IMG/VR virus record: IMGVR_UViG_3300017565_000001
Location: 360,530-424,529 of that record
Reading direction: 5' to 3' (one strand)
From: a virus
Lineage: Duplodnaviria > Heunggongvirae > Uroviricota > Caudoviricetes
DNA: 64,000 nucleotides
The notes under the pieces are model-generated. The model was not told the origin of the DNA. It searched no databases and worked only from the letters and a program-made list of their open reading frames with translations. Positions 10,463-20,098 of this stretch are shown here, one piece after another (position 1 is the stretch's first letter; the number at the start of each line of letters is the position of its first letter). The position numbers were made by a program, and so were the translations under genes.

Positions 10463-12957
10463 GTACCTTTGTTCTTGTTCTGATCAACTTGTTCAGGTTT
10501 CCAACCGAATGCTTGGAAAATCTGATACAGGGGCATCCGTTGGGCATCTATACGTTGACGAAACATACCACCTTCAAAGTGGTGATTAATTTTGGTGACC
10601 TTGTAAACACCCGTAAACGTATCATTTTCATTGAAAACGGGATTGTTGGTGTTGTCATCATATCCTTGTGGATATTTGAATTTCAACAGAAATAGTATGT
10701 CACCATCGTCCAAATTGGTTCGAGTTGGTTCATTCTTGTTCAAATTATCTCGAACAATGTTTGAACTAGCACCAGCCTGATAGTAATTTGTGAACGAGCG
10801 TTCCAAACCACCTGCCCCTAGCCAATATGGATCACCGATAATCTCCATACTCAAATTCTGCAGGGAGCCACCTTGAGTGGAGTACAATTGATCCATTACC
10901 GCACCGTAAATCGAACGATCTCGGTGGTAATAATCCGGGAATGCACCACTCATAAGGAACCTAGTGTCTTCGTTTGATTGCTGGATAGTTACTGGCATGG
11001 GTGCTTGTTGCATCAATGCCTTGCTTTCTTCTTTAACTTCTTCAGCATATTTGATTGCCGTGCGATCAGGAGCAATGGTACCAATACGAGACTGTGCAAT
11101 GCGGTTAAAATCCTGAATGGAATTACCCAAAGTACGATTCAATGAGTCAATTCGATTCTGAATGTCATCAACATCGGCACCAACAAATTCTTTATATTTG
11201 TCAAGTTCTTGACGTTGCTTGTCGATTTGTGCTTGCAAATCTAGTTGCTTCGCCTTATCAGTAGTCTTGGCCTGCTCGTCTTCAAGCTGACGGACCCTGG
11301 TGGTTCTATTACCAATTTCGTCACGTTGACGAACCAAATCAGCCAATTCTCGTTGATCTTTTGTGATACTTTCACGGTTCAAATACATGGCATGGGTAGT
11401 ATTGGATTCAATCGAATTACCAAAACCAGCCACACGCGGTAGCAAAGCCGCCCACGTTGTATTGAACGAAATGTCCAGATTTGTGACTTCGGTGTTTAAA
11501 CCAGTGAACAAATAATCATATCGTTTGGACAAATAGCCAGCCTTGCGCATAGTAAGGACGTTTCTGGCTTGTGCCCTGGGGTCTTTACTGATATCAACTT
11601 GAGCTGACGAAATAATTGGCTCTTGGGTGAAATATGGGATGACTGTGAAGATGTACTTGAGTTTGTAGCTTTCAGTCACATGATCGTAATCATTGATTTC
11701 AACTGTTGGAACCACCCTAAACACAACGGTACTCTTGATCTCCTTCTTGCCATCTGTCAAGTTGGATTGTGTCATTACAGCCTTACCAAGCTTTTGTGCT
11801 GCTTCGCTGTTGGCCATAAGCATTTCAACGATGTCGTGAATCTTAGCACCACGACCGAATGTACCAGTCGCATTACCAGCACCATCCAGGGAAAGATGTC
11901 GTTGTGTGTTCACATCTTGTTCGTTTGCAGAAACGATTTTGAAACCAGCAGGATCGATTTCCTGACCATCGTATATGAACTTTTGGACTCGGAATTCGTA
12001 AAGTCGATAGGTGGGGTCTTTGTACATTTCAGCATAAGCTTTGTTCAAAGATTCAGCCAATGCACTCAACATTGCTCCTACGGTATTTGCTTGAGGCATC
12101 ATGCTGAATGGAAGAGTATAGTCGTCACCATTTAGAGTGGCCTCTTCAAACGGCATCATAGTCATATGATACGTGCTTCCCTCTTCCGTGAAATTAGTCT
12201 GCACATCAAGAATCTTCAAGAAATACAACCATGAACCCTTATTGGGGAAATCGGCACATGGGTTTATGGCAAATGTACCATCTTCGTTATAGCCCTGGAA
12301 ACGAACCTCCAGAAAATACGACATCTTGGCGAAATTCCTAACCTTCAATTCACGAGCTGAATTGGCAACCATGTCCATGAAATTCACACCCATGGGTTCC
12401 TTAATCACCATATCGATTTTGGTGGCACTCATGCTGCGAGTCTTGGGATTGGGTGATGGCACTGTTTCAATATTCAAACTCATGATGCTGAGTCCAGTAG
12501 TGCCTGTTTCCACGATAGTTGTTTGTTTGCGTCCACTGATTTCCTTTAACAATGAAGGATAATCAGTAATGTTGGAATAATTGAATGGGCTATCATCAGT
12601 CATAAACAGGCGAGCGTGATAGGTGGCTTGGCGCACACCACTCAACACATTCGCATTCCAACCATCCAAAGAGTTCAGAGCCTCAAAGGGAGTATCAGGG
12701 TTGATACCTTCAGGAGTTTGTGATGGCTGCGTTTTGGCATTTTGTTCGGCCTGAGCCTTCTGCGCTGCTTCGGTCTTCTTGGCAACTTCTTCTAGTTCCT
12801 TGAGTTTGGTTTTTCCAAACTCAACCGCCTGACCGGCAGCGTCATATACCGTGCTTACGGCATTAGTTACCTTGGAGGTAAGAGTATCAAAAAGCGAATT
12901 CCCTTGGCTTGGTGCTGGGGAATCCGAATCTACAAAGTCTGGCGTCTTATTTGCCAT
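10459..12957 (-). CDS. Baseplate hub protein (gp27-like)
   Basis: 832 aa; C-terminal IIGDPYWL and FTGVYKVTKINHHFEGGMFRQRI hub motifs; upstream of gp5-like gene. Confidence 0.65.
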   Translation of the reverse strand: MANKTPDFVDSDSPAPSQGNSLFDTLTSKVTNAVSTVYDAAGQAVEFGKTKLKELEEVAKKTEAAQKAQAEQNAKTQPSQTPEGINPDTPFEALNSLDGWNANVLSGVRQATYHARLFMTDDSPFNYSNITDYPSLLKEISGRKQTTIVETGTTGLSIMSLNIETVPSPNPKTRSMSATKIDMVIKEPMGVNFMDMVANSARELKVRNFAKMSYFLEVRFQGYNEDGTFAINPCADFPNKGSWLYFLKILDVQTNFTEEGSTYHMTMMPFEEATLNGDDYTLPFSMMPQANTVGAMLSALAESLNKAYAEMYKDPTYRLYEFRVQKFIYDGQEIDPAGFKIVSANEQDVNTQRHLSLDGAGNATGTFGRGAKIHDIVEMLMANSEAAQKLGKAVMTQSNLTDGKKEIKSTVVFRVVPTVEINDYDHVTESYKLKYIFTVIPYFTQEPIISSAQVDISKDPRAQARNVLTMRKAGYLSKRYDYLFTGLNTEVTNLDISFNTTWAALLPRVAGFGNSIESNTTHAMYLNRESITKDQRELADLVRQRDEIGNRTTRVRQLEDEQAKTTDKAKQLDLQAQIDKQRQELDKYKEFVGADVDDIQNRIDSLNRTLGNSIQDFNRIAQSRIGTIAPDRTAIKYAEEVKEESKALMQQAPMPVTIQQSNEDTRFLMSGAFPDYYHRDRSIYGAVMDQLYSTQGGSLQNLSMEIIGDPYWLGAGGLERSFTNYYQAGASSNIVRDNLNKNEPTRTNLDDGDILFLLKFKYPQGYDDNTNNPVFNENDTFTGVYKVTKINHHFEGGMFRQRIDAQRMPLYQIFQAFGWKPEQVDQNKNKGT

Positions 12958-13268
12958 TAGGTCATCAATCCTTCAATTCTTGTTTTTGTTGGAACCCAAA
13001 TCTTCACATTTGCTTGAAAATCCCAAATGGGATCACGAATCAAGTTCATATTTCTAACCATGAACACCCACCAATATGACGGCGTGCCATAGAAGTCGTA
13101 ACTCATGAGATCAGGTCTAAACTGATACTTAGTTGAAATTTCTTCATACGTATCCGTACTATCTGGCAGCACTTCCCTTAGGGTAATTGGCAGCAAATAC
13201 CAATTAGTTTGGTACGTATCAACGTATGGTGATTGAGCAGAATATTGTTGGCGTGGCATTAGATCCAT
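12957..13268 (-). CDS. Baseplate wedge protein, gp53-like (LysM-like)
   Basis: RPDLMSYDFYGTPSYWWVFMVRN motif. Confidence 0.8.
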   Translation of the reverse strand: MDLMPRQQYSAQSPYVDTYQTNWYLLPITLREVLPDSTDTYEEISTKYQFRPDLMSYDFYGTPSYWWVFMVRNMNLIRDPIWDFQANVKIWVPTKTRIEGLMT

Positions 13269-14095
13269 CCCTTGTTTTTCATGAGTTTGCCGGTGCGAAA
13301 GTCGTCCAGATTGAATTCCTCGCGCAATCTCTTGGGAGTATTTTGAACCACCAAAGTCATTGTTATTTGCAAAACAGAGGGTAATCTAGCTGTGCCACCT
13401 GCTGTTTCGATATCAATATAGTGGGCGTCTTTACCCAACGAATATCCATGATCAGTCAAAATAACTGGAAGATCGTTGAACATGTACTCACCATAACCAG
13501 AGAACAACAGAACAGGTGGTGGCATACCAGGTGTCTTATTGGTTTTACCAAAATACATCTTGGATACCGTACGCAGGAAGTGAATCACAGCCAACATATA
13601 TTGGCCTTCCCGATAGTTGGAGATAGTGAAGTCACCAGTAAGTCTGAACTGAGTGCTGGGCGTACTTTTGTAGATCTTGTAATCTTGATTGGTATGAGTG
13701 AGTGAGGTGGTTGCGTAATCGACTGATTGCGTCCAATCAATAGTTGGGGTGTAGGGGAACAACAGACCATTGGTCTCGTACATGATTTTCAACAAGTTGG
13801 ACGGATCATTGGGACCGTATACTTGATCTGGTTGCATGGCACGAAGGCGGACTCGATTGTCCGCCGTGTTGGGCGTAGGAAGCCCTAGAGCACCCTGGAG
13901 TTGATCAATGCTGTCAAACTGTAGATTCGCGGAAAGAGCTCCCACGGGATCATCCAGAAACCCCAAAGCTGTTTGTTTTGCTTTATTGACGGTTGCGACT
14001 ACTCCAGTAACGTCAGCGACTGTCGTCTTGACATTGTTTGCTACTGAACCGGCCTGTCTTGCCAAACTATTGATTTTATCAAATGGACTCGCCAT
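13259..14095 (-). CDS. Baseplate/tail-tube initiator (gp48/gp54-like)
   Basis: LFPYTP...HFLRTVSKMYFG...PPPVLLFSGYG motif; position before gp53-like gene. Confidence 0.6.
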   Translation of the reverse strand: MASPFDKINSLARQAGSVANNVKTTVADVTGVVATVNKAKQTALGFLDDPVGALSANLQFDSIDQLQGALGLPTPNTADNRVRLRAMQPDQVYGPNDPSNLLKIMYETNGLLFPYTPTIDWTQSVDYATTSLTHTNQDYKIYKSTPSTQFRLTGDFTISNYREGQYMLAVIHFLRTVSKMYFGKTNKTPGMPPPVLLFSGYGEYMFNDLPVILTDHGYSLGKDAHYIDIETAGGTARLPSVLQITMTLVVQNTPKRLREEFNLDDFRTGKLMKNKGWI

Positions 14096-14633
14096 CTCGG
14101 ATACCTAACCCCTGCCTGACCGCGTGGTATAGTTCTGCGATCACGGAAGGGTCAGCTTCTGGGACGCAGCTTGAGAATTCCTCAAAGTTCCCTTCAGCGG
14201 CAAGTTTCCGAGCCTGAGTTGCGGAATAGTCTTCAGCAGTACGTTCGATCACATACGTGTCGATTTCTTTAAGACCCAGAGCCTTTTCAGGATCAGGGTG
14301 GCCAATGTACTGTTTCAAACCCTTGATTAGATCGCCATCACGATCTTCACCAATTACAAGAACTCCCCTTTCATATCCTTGTTGCGCCAATTCACGGCAA
14401 ACCGTGAACGCATTGACGCATGACTGGAACTCAGTATTGGGAAAGAACTCCTTCAGAAAATGCAATTTCTGCTCAACTGAAAGTGGATTCTTCTTGCTGT
14501 CCTGGGAACGTGTCACGAACAGGCGGCAATCTGATCCGGTTGTTCGAGCCAACTCATGGGCTGCTCTAAAGAGCTTCTCATGTCCCTTCGTGGGAGGGTT
14601 GATTCGTCCGGTTGTAAATACTACCTGTTTCAT
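14079..14633 (-). CDS. Cytidylyltransferase-like nucleotidyltransferase (HxGH superfamily)
   Basis: FTTGRINPPTKGH, KNPLSVEQK and YSATQARK motifs. Confidence 0.8.
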   Translation of the reverse strand: MKQVVFTTGRINPPTKGHEKLFRAAHELARTTGSDCRLFVTRSQDSKKNPLSVEQKLHFLKEFFPNTEFQSCVNAFTVCRELAQQGYERGVLVIGEDRDGDLIKGLKQYIGHPDPEKALGLKEIDTYVIERTAEDYSATQARKLAAEGNFEEFSSCVPEADPSVIAELYHAVRQGLGIRDGESI

Positions 14634-14643
14634 GTTTTCCTCA

Positions 14644-14675
14644 TATTTATGGAGAGTATTAAGTGCCTATATAAC
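14644..14675 (-). promoter_or_regulatory. Late promoter (14644-14650) plus 18-bp pseudo-palindrome (14658-14675)
   Basis: ATAAATA on minus strand; ATTAAGT-GCCT-ATATAAC 7 bp upstream. Confidence 0.65.
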
Positions 14676-14777
14676 TGGAGTTATTCATCTGTTGCCAATA
14701 TTGCTGGTACCCAAACATGGTACTAGAGTTAACCCATAGCTTCAACAAAGCTTATAAAAACAATAACAGAGAGCAGT

Positions 14778-15647
14778 ATGACTGACCAAATTAAACAACC
14801 CGTAAAGTACCTGAACAATAAGGAACTACTGGCTGAAATTCACAAGAGTAAACTCACGTATTGTGTGAGTCTCGCTCCCGAATACTCCATGTATGACGCT
14901 ATTGTGGCAAAACGCACTGATATAACTGATGAAGTGCTGGAAGCTGCAAGAATCCGCAAAGCTCATCTGTTGAGCCAAAGCGCCAAAGCTGTCCTCAGAG
15001 CTGAAGGTGCCAAACAATCAGTACTCAAGGAAGCCGTTATTGATCCCCTGACTATTCCCATGGAACAAGTCGTAATCAGGGTCATGACTTCCGAACACAT
15101 TCCCCTTGATCCCGATCGCAAGCGTAAGGGTAAGGGCGAAAACGCAGATCACAAACGCACCCCCTTCCTGCCCTTCAAACACTTCATTCGCAAAGATGGC
15201 GAACTCGTGGAAGTATTGCGCTCGCATTGGACTGGTGATTTTGAAACCGGCCACTTTGACATGGATCAAGGTCGTATGACGAACGGACTGGCTGTCATGT
15301 TTATGATGCTGGTTGATCGATATGCTCGCCGTTATAACTGGCGGGGCTATACGTATCTGGATGAAATGAAGAGCCATGCTTTGTTGCAGCTCAGCCAGAT
15401 CGGTCTGCAATTTAACGAAGCCGTTTCCGATAATCCTTTCGCATTTTACACGACCACGGTGAAGAACTGTTTCACTCGTGTGCTTAATCTGGAAAAGAAG
15501 AATCAAACCATCCGTGATGATATTTTGATCATGAATGGCGTCACACCATCATACACTCGCCAAACCGACTATGAATACGAACGTGGTGCCGCGGCCAATA
15601 CTTCAGAAGTGATTACCTACACGGGCGATCAACTGGACAACGAATAA
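14778..15647 (+). CDS. Late-transcription sigma factor, gp55-like
   Basis: YLNNKELLAEI, RYNWRGYTYLDEM and SDNPFAFYT motifs; precedes gp47/gp46 as in T4-like phages. Confidence 0.85.
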   Translation: MTDQIKQPVKYLNNKELLAEIHKSKLTYCVSLAPEYSMYDAIVAKRTDITDEVLEAARIRKAHLLSQSAKAVLRAEGAKQSVLKEAVIDPLTIPMEQVVIRVMTSEHIPLDPDRKRKGKGENADHKRTPFLPFKHFIRKDGELVEVLRSHWTGDFETGHFDMDQGRMTNGLAVMFMMLVDRYARRYNWRGYTYLDEMKSHALLQLSQIGLQFNEAVSDNPFAFYTTTVKNCFTRVLNLEKKNQTIRDDILIMNGVTPSYTRQTDYEYERGAAANTSEVITYTGDQLDNE

Positions 15648-15698
15648 TTTTTGTGCGCTGCCGCGACAAATACTACAATAGAATCATAGAAGGTAAAC

Positions 15699-16715
15699 AT
15701 GGCAGAACTATTTGAAAAGATTGCTGGTTTCACAGATATTCACTTCGGTAGAAAGGGCAACGATCGACAGGCAAACCAGGACAATGAAGATTTCATTACC
15801 TGGTTTATTGAAGAAGCACAAGCTTGGGGCGCCAAGCAAATGGTCTTCTGTGGCGATTGGCACGATAACCGACACAATCTGCACGTAAGCACAATGAATT
15901 ACAGTCTGAGCAACATGGAACGGCTCAGCAAAGCATTTGAGAAAGTTTGGTTTATTCCCGGAAACCACGATTTGTTCTATCGCGAAAAGCGTGAGATCAA
16001 TAGCGTGGAATTCGGCCGCAATATTCCAAACATGACCATTATTAACGAACCCACGACTATCGACGGTGTGACATTCATGCCGTGGCTAGTCGGTGAGGAA
16101 TGGGAGAAAATCCCTGAAATCGAGAGCCGATATATGTTCGGCCACTTCGAATTGCCTCACTTCTTTATGAATGGCCAGGTAGAAATGCCCGACCATGGTG
16201 GTTTGAGATCTGATCACTTTAAACATCAGGAATATGTTTTTAGTGGTCACTTCCACAAGCGACAGTCGAGAGGTAATGTGGTTTATGTGGGTAACCCATT
16301 CCCCTTTAATTTCAGTGATGCATGGGATGATGACAGAGGTGCATTCTTTCTGGAATGGGGCCAAGAGCCCTTTTTCAAAGAATGGCAGGATGCACCCAAG
16401 TATCGCACCATGAAAGTTAGTGAGCTCCTGGAGGCACCAGAACGTTTCATGCTTCCCAGATCGTATAACCGCGCCAGTATTGACGTGGATATTTCGTATG
16501 AAGAAGCGCAATTCATCAAAGAGACTTTCATTACTCAATTCAAGGCCCGGAAAATTGATCTGGTTCCCATGAATAAAGAGGAAGAGAATCAGGAATTTGA
16601 TGACAGCGTGATGTTCCAGAGTATCGATCAAATCGTCATTGAGGGTTTGAATTCGGTTCAAAGCACTGGCATCAAGAACGAAACACTGGTAAGCATCTAT
16701 AACGGACTCAAATAA
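15699..16715 (+). CDS. Recombination endonuclease subunit, gp47/Mre11/SbcD-like
   Basis: Metallophosphoesterase motifs DIHFG, GDWHD, GNHD, GHFH. Confidence 0.92.
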   Translation: MAELFEKIAGFTDIHFGRKGNDRQANQDNEDFITWFIEEAQAWGAKQMVFCGDWHDNRHNLHVSTMNYSLSNMERLSKAFEKVWFIPGNHDLFYREKREINSVEFGRNIPNMTIINEPTTIDGVTFMPWLVGEEWEKIPEIESRYMFGHFELPHFFMNGQVEMPDHGGLRSDHFKHQEYVFSGHFHKRQSRGNVVYVGNPFPFNFSDAWDDDRGAFFLEWGQEPFFKEWQDAPKYRTMKVSELLEAPERFMLPRSYNRASIDVDISYEEAQFIKETFITQFKARKIDLVPMNKEEENQEFDDSVMFQSIDQIVIEGLNSVQSTGIKNETLVSIYNGLK

Positions 16716-18499
16716 TGTTGAAAATCACTGATGTGTCAATGCGTAATTTCCTCAGCGTTGGCAATGCACCTCAATCGGTAAAGCTCTGTGACAAGGGTCT
16801 TACCCTTGTCCTGGGTGAAAATATGGACACTGGCGGCGTGAATAGCCGCAATGGTGTTGGTAAGAGCACACTCCTGCAAGCCGTATCGTTCGGCTTGTTT
16901 GGTATCCCCTTGAGTAACATCAAGAAGGATAACTTGGTGAATAATATCAATGCCAAGAACATGGTTGTTAGCATCAGCTTTGAGCGCGACAACAAGAAAT
17001 ACAAGATCGAACGCGGCCGTAAGCCGCAATTCGTCCGCTATTATGTGGATGATGGTTTGGTAAACGACGCCAATACTGACGAAAGTCAGGGCGACTCACG
17101 CAATACGCAAGCTGAGATTGAGAAGGTTCTGGGCTTTAGCCATGACATGTTCCGTCACATTGTGGCCATGAACACGTACACGGAACCATTCTTGAAGCTG
17201 AAGCCGGGCGACCAACGTCAGATTATTGAAGAACTGTTGGGTATCACCCAAATCAGCACTCGTTCAGATGTTTTGAAAGAGTTGATTAAGGGCACCAAGG
17301 ATTCGGTTAAGGAAGAAGAGTTTCGCATTAAGGCTGTTCTGGAAAGTAACCAGAAAATCCAATATGCGATTAATGACCTGGATGCCAAAAGCAAGCATTG
17401 GAATCAAGGTCAGCGTAATCGAATTGATCAGGCAATGAACCAGTTGAAGGGGTTGCAAGACCTTGACATTGAAGCTGAAATTGAGGCCCACAAGCTGATT
17501 GTGGATTTTAAGACGCTCACAGCTGAAATAACCAGAGCTCGTAAGGATTTGCATCGCCAGGAAAATGACCTGATGACGCGAAACAAAATGTATGAGCGTT
17601 TGGTTGCCCATTATGCTTCGGCACAAGAGCACAAATGTCATGCTTGTGGACAAGACATTCATGATGATTCACATGAGCGCCAAATTGCTGATCTAAAGAA
17701 GCAAATTGACAAGGCTGAGCCAGAGCTTCTCCAAGCTGCTTCGGATGTTGAGGCAACCCAAGCTCTGATTCAAGAACTTCGAGACGCACTGGCGTCGATT
17801 GGTGACGAACCAGTCACTACCTATGCAACTTTGGAGCAAGCTTACGAGCACCGCAACACCATCAACAACCTTCGTGAGACTATCGCTCGTGAAGAAGCCA
17901 GTCTGAATCCATACATGGAACAGATTGAGACTTTGAAATCGAATGGGTTGCAGCCAGTCTCATATGATGTTTTGAATGAACTACAAGTGTTGCTGAAACA
18001 TCAGGATTTCTTGTTGAAACTTCTAACCAGCAAGGATTCGTTTATTCGCAAGAAGATCATCGACCAGAATATCAACCACTTGAATCATCGGTTGAACTAC
18101 TACTTGGAAAAGCTGGGTTTGCCACACGAAGTTCGTTTCAAGAGCGATCTGAGTGTTGAAATCTCGCTGCTGGGTCGCGACTTTGACTTTGAACAATTGT
18201 CGCGTGGTGAGATGAACCGTGTTATTTTGTCCACTAGCTGGGCCTTCCGTGATGTATGGGAAAGCTTGAATCAAACAGTTAATCTGATGTTTGTTGATGA
18301 AATGATCGATAATGGTCTGGATCAACAAGGTGCAGAAAGTGCCCTGGAGCTGATGAAGCGCATGGCACGTGAACGTGGCAAGAATATTTTCTTGATCTCC
18401 CACAAGGATGAACTGATTGGTCGAGTTAATACTATTCTGAAGGTCAAGAAAGAAAACTCGTTTACTAAATTTGAGGCAAACGCAGAAGATGCAGAATGA
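16715..18499 (+). CDS. Recombination ATPase subunit, gp46/Rad50/SbcC-like
   Basis: Walker A NGVGKST, CHAC zinc hook, LSRGE signature, MFVDE Walker B, ISH. Confidence 0.93.
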   Translation: MLKITDVSMRNFLSVGNAPQSVKLCDKGLTLVLGENMDTGGVNSRNGVGKSTLLQAVSFGLFGIPLSNIKKDNLVNNINAKNMVVSISFERDNKKYKIERGRKPQFVRYYVDDGLVNDANTDESQGDSRNTQAEIEKVLGFSHDMFRHIVAMNTYTEPFLKLKPGDQRQIIEELLGITQISTRSDVLKELIKGTKDSVKEEEFRIKAVLESNQKIQYAINDLDAKSKHWNQGQRNRIDQAMNQLKGLQDLDIEAEIEAHKLIVDFKTLTAEITRARKDLHRQENDLMTRNKMYERLVAHYASAQEHKCHACGQDIHDDSHERQIADLKKQIDKAEPELLQAASDVEATQALIQELRDALASIGDEPVTTYATLEQAYEHRNTINNLRETIAREEASLNPYMEQIETLKSNGLQPVSYDVLNELQVLLKHQDFLLKLLTSKDSFIRKKIIDQNINHLNHRLNYYLEKLGLPHEVRFKSDLSVEISLLGRDFDFEQLSRGEMNRVILSTSWAFRDVWESLNQTVNLMFVDEMIDNGLDQQGAESALELMKRMARERGKNIFLISHKDELIGRVNTILKVKKENSFTKFEANAEDAE

Positions 18500-18887
18500 C
18501 GATCAGGAATGGTCGGTCGAGCATGTAACGGTGGATCCCAATGAAGCTGGTTGGGATCCAGCAATGCTTTACAGACATGAGTTCCAATACCGAATGTTTT
18601 TCAAGAAGTCACAATACGATTTCACCAACGCTATGGCATTGGCTGATCTCAGATATATGCTTTCTGAGCAGTGTGGCGAAGAAGATAAGGACTGGGTCGT
18701 TGAACAATGTTCAGACTACAGAACTGGGGATGACGAGCGTTATGGCAACGCCGTATATCTGACTAGCATGACTTGGATGCTAATGATGAAGCTAGACGGG
18801 AATATGAGTAATGAGGTCGATTACTTACGCGATACAAGTGAGCATTTCTGGAAAGCTGCTACCATCATCGAAACAAGAGCTGGATAA
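18489..18887 (+). CDS. Hypothetical protein (small-paralogue family)
   Basis: ATG at 18489 overlaps gp46 end; C-terminal VYLTSMTWMLMMKL motif. Confidence 0.65.
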   Translation: MQNDDQEWSVEHVTVDPNEAGWDPAMLYRHEFQYRMFFKKSQYDFTNAMALADLRYMLSEQCGEEDKDWVVEQCSDYRTGDDERYGNAVYLTSMTWMLMMKLDGNMSNEVDYLRDTSEHFWKAATIIETRAG

Positions 18888-19319
18888 ACATAAAGCCCCA
18901 TTAGGGGCTTTATTTTCGTCGAAATAATGAATCTTTTTCACGAGTTCTCGATGACACATCATCAAGATCAATACGTCACTGCTGTTTTCCAAAAAGACCG
19001 ACTTGATGAGACGGTCTTTGCGATAAGAACAGTATCTGTGTTTGACAATTTTGTATTGACCAGTGGTCAATTGTTTGATGCTGTCAAGCAATTGTCTGGA
19101 GGATCGAGAAGCATCCCCATAGCTCATATCGTGGATATTGAAAAACAGTTGGGCGCCGAAGCCATCTTGTACTGGAGCAACATCAAGGGTCTTGGGAGGA
19201 AGACGTTCAGCCTTCCGTTTTGATGCTCTCAATCGTTTACCGCGGTCAATTGACGGAGAGCTAGTTACAGCGCTCTGAAATTTGTTCCGCTTCTTCCATG
19301 CTCGTTTTGATTGTTTCAT
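18825..19319 (-). CDS. Hypothetical protein (small-paralogue family)
   Basis: Coupled to resolvase stop; VFLENSSDVLILMM motif; 3' end reads through the terminator and overlaps the converging gene. Confidence 0.6.
   Translation of the reverse strand: MKQSKRAWKKRNKFQSAVTSSPSIDRGKRLRASKRKAERLPPKTLDVAPVQDGFGAQLFFNIHDMSYGDASRSSRQLLDSIKQLTTGQYKIVKHRYCSYRKDRLIKSVFLENSSDVLILMMCHRELVKKIHYFDENKAPNGALCLSSSCFDDGSSFPEMLTCIA
18890..18913. terminator. Bidirectional intrinsic terminator
   Basis: ATAAAGCCCC-ATTA-GGGGCTTTAT between converging genes. Confidence 0.75.
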
Positions 19320-19828
19320 TTACTCAAATCTAGGATGACGTCTTTGTTATCCGCCACGAACTTCGTCAGTTCTGTGACAACAAAGGAGTTCTTCCCATCA
19401 TTGTATACGGCATGGTTGCCAACCGCAACCTTTGGTGCCAGATCGTGTGAATAGCAGATGAACCAACCCTTACGGTTGATTTTGAATGCTACAAACCATA
19501 GATCACCCTCTTCCACGCAATCAAGAGTCTGCTCAATCCACTTGTCCAATTGTGGCACTTTGCCACCAGTGATAAGGGAATGGAAGGGAAATTCTGCGTA
19601 GAACTTACACTCCAGGACCAATTTTGGCATGTGGCCAGGAGGAATGATGTCTCCCTTTGCGTGCCTTACTTGTCCTTCACTCAAAAATTCACGGCGATGG
19701 GCATTCTTACCACCAATGTAAGCACCGCTGTTGGGGACGCGAATGAACGAACCACCGAAGGTATTCTTCAAAATGGTACAAAGTTCACGTTCTCCCGAGT
19801 TGCCTTTTGCCTTAGCTTTTCCCGTCAT
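19316..19828 (-). CDS. Holliday-junction-resolvase-like PD-(D/E)xK nuclease
   Basis: KAKGNSGERE...RVPNSGA...GDII...ECK...W pattern. Confidence 0.75.
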   Translation of the reverse strand: MTGKAKAKGNSGERELCTILKNTFGGSFIRVPNSGAYIGGKNAHRREFLSEGQVRHAKGDIIPPGHMPKLVLECKFYAEFPFHSLITGGKVPQLDKWIEQTLDCVEEGDLWFVAFKINRKGWFICYSHDLAPKVAVGNHAVYNDGKNSFVVTELTKFVADNKDVILDLSK

Positions 19829-19883
19829 TATAATTCCTATTCTTATGGGATGGTCCCACCATGTTACAGTGGGACCATAATTG

Positions 19884-20069
19884 TTACAATAATGGCAAGC
19901 CAGTCTCTTCCGTGTTCTTCACACGTTTCTTGACGTCTTCCATCATTTCCATTCTTTCTTTGGGACTCAGCGTCCAAGCTTCTTCCCTACTCAAACTACC
20001 CCGCATATACCACATGAGTTCGTGGATGAATTGGCGAAGCTCCTTTTGGTCATGAGCCATTTGGGCCAA
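19884..20069 (-). CDS. gp51-like baseplate hub assembly domain, probably expressed as a -1 frameshift extension of the upstream gene
   Basis: LMWYMRGSLSREEAWTLSPKER motif; frame is open back to the slippery site at 20114-20120; no convincing RBS. Confidence 0.65.
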   Translation of the reverse strand: MAQMAHDQKELRQFIHELMWYMRGSLSREEAWTLSPKERMEMMEDVKKRVKNTEETGLPLL

Positions 20070-20098
20070 AAGGTCACCAATATGCTCAGGCGGAGTTT

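Noticed and set aside
16176-16184. CCAGGTAGA inside the gp47 gene
   Set aside because: Partial match to the repeat box within coding sequence, without the 5' box or hairpin; likely chance.
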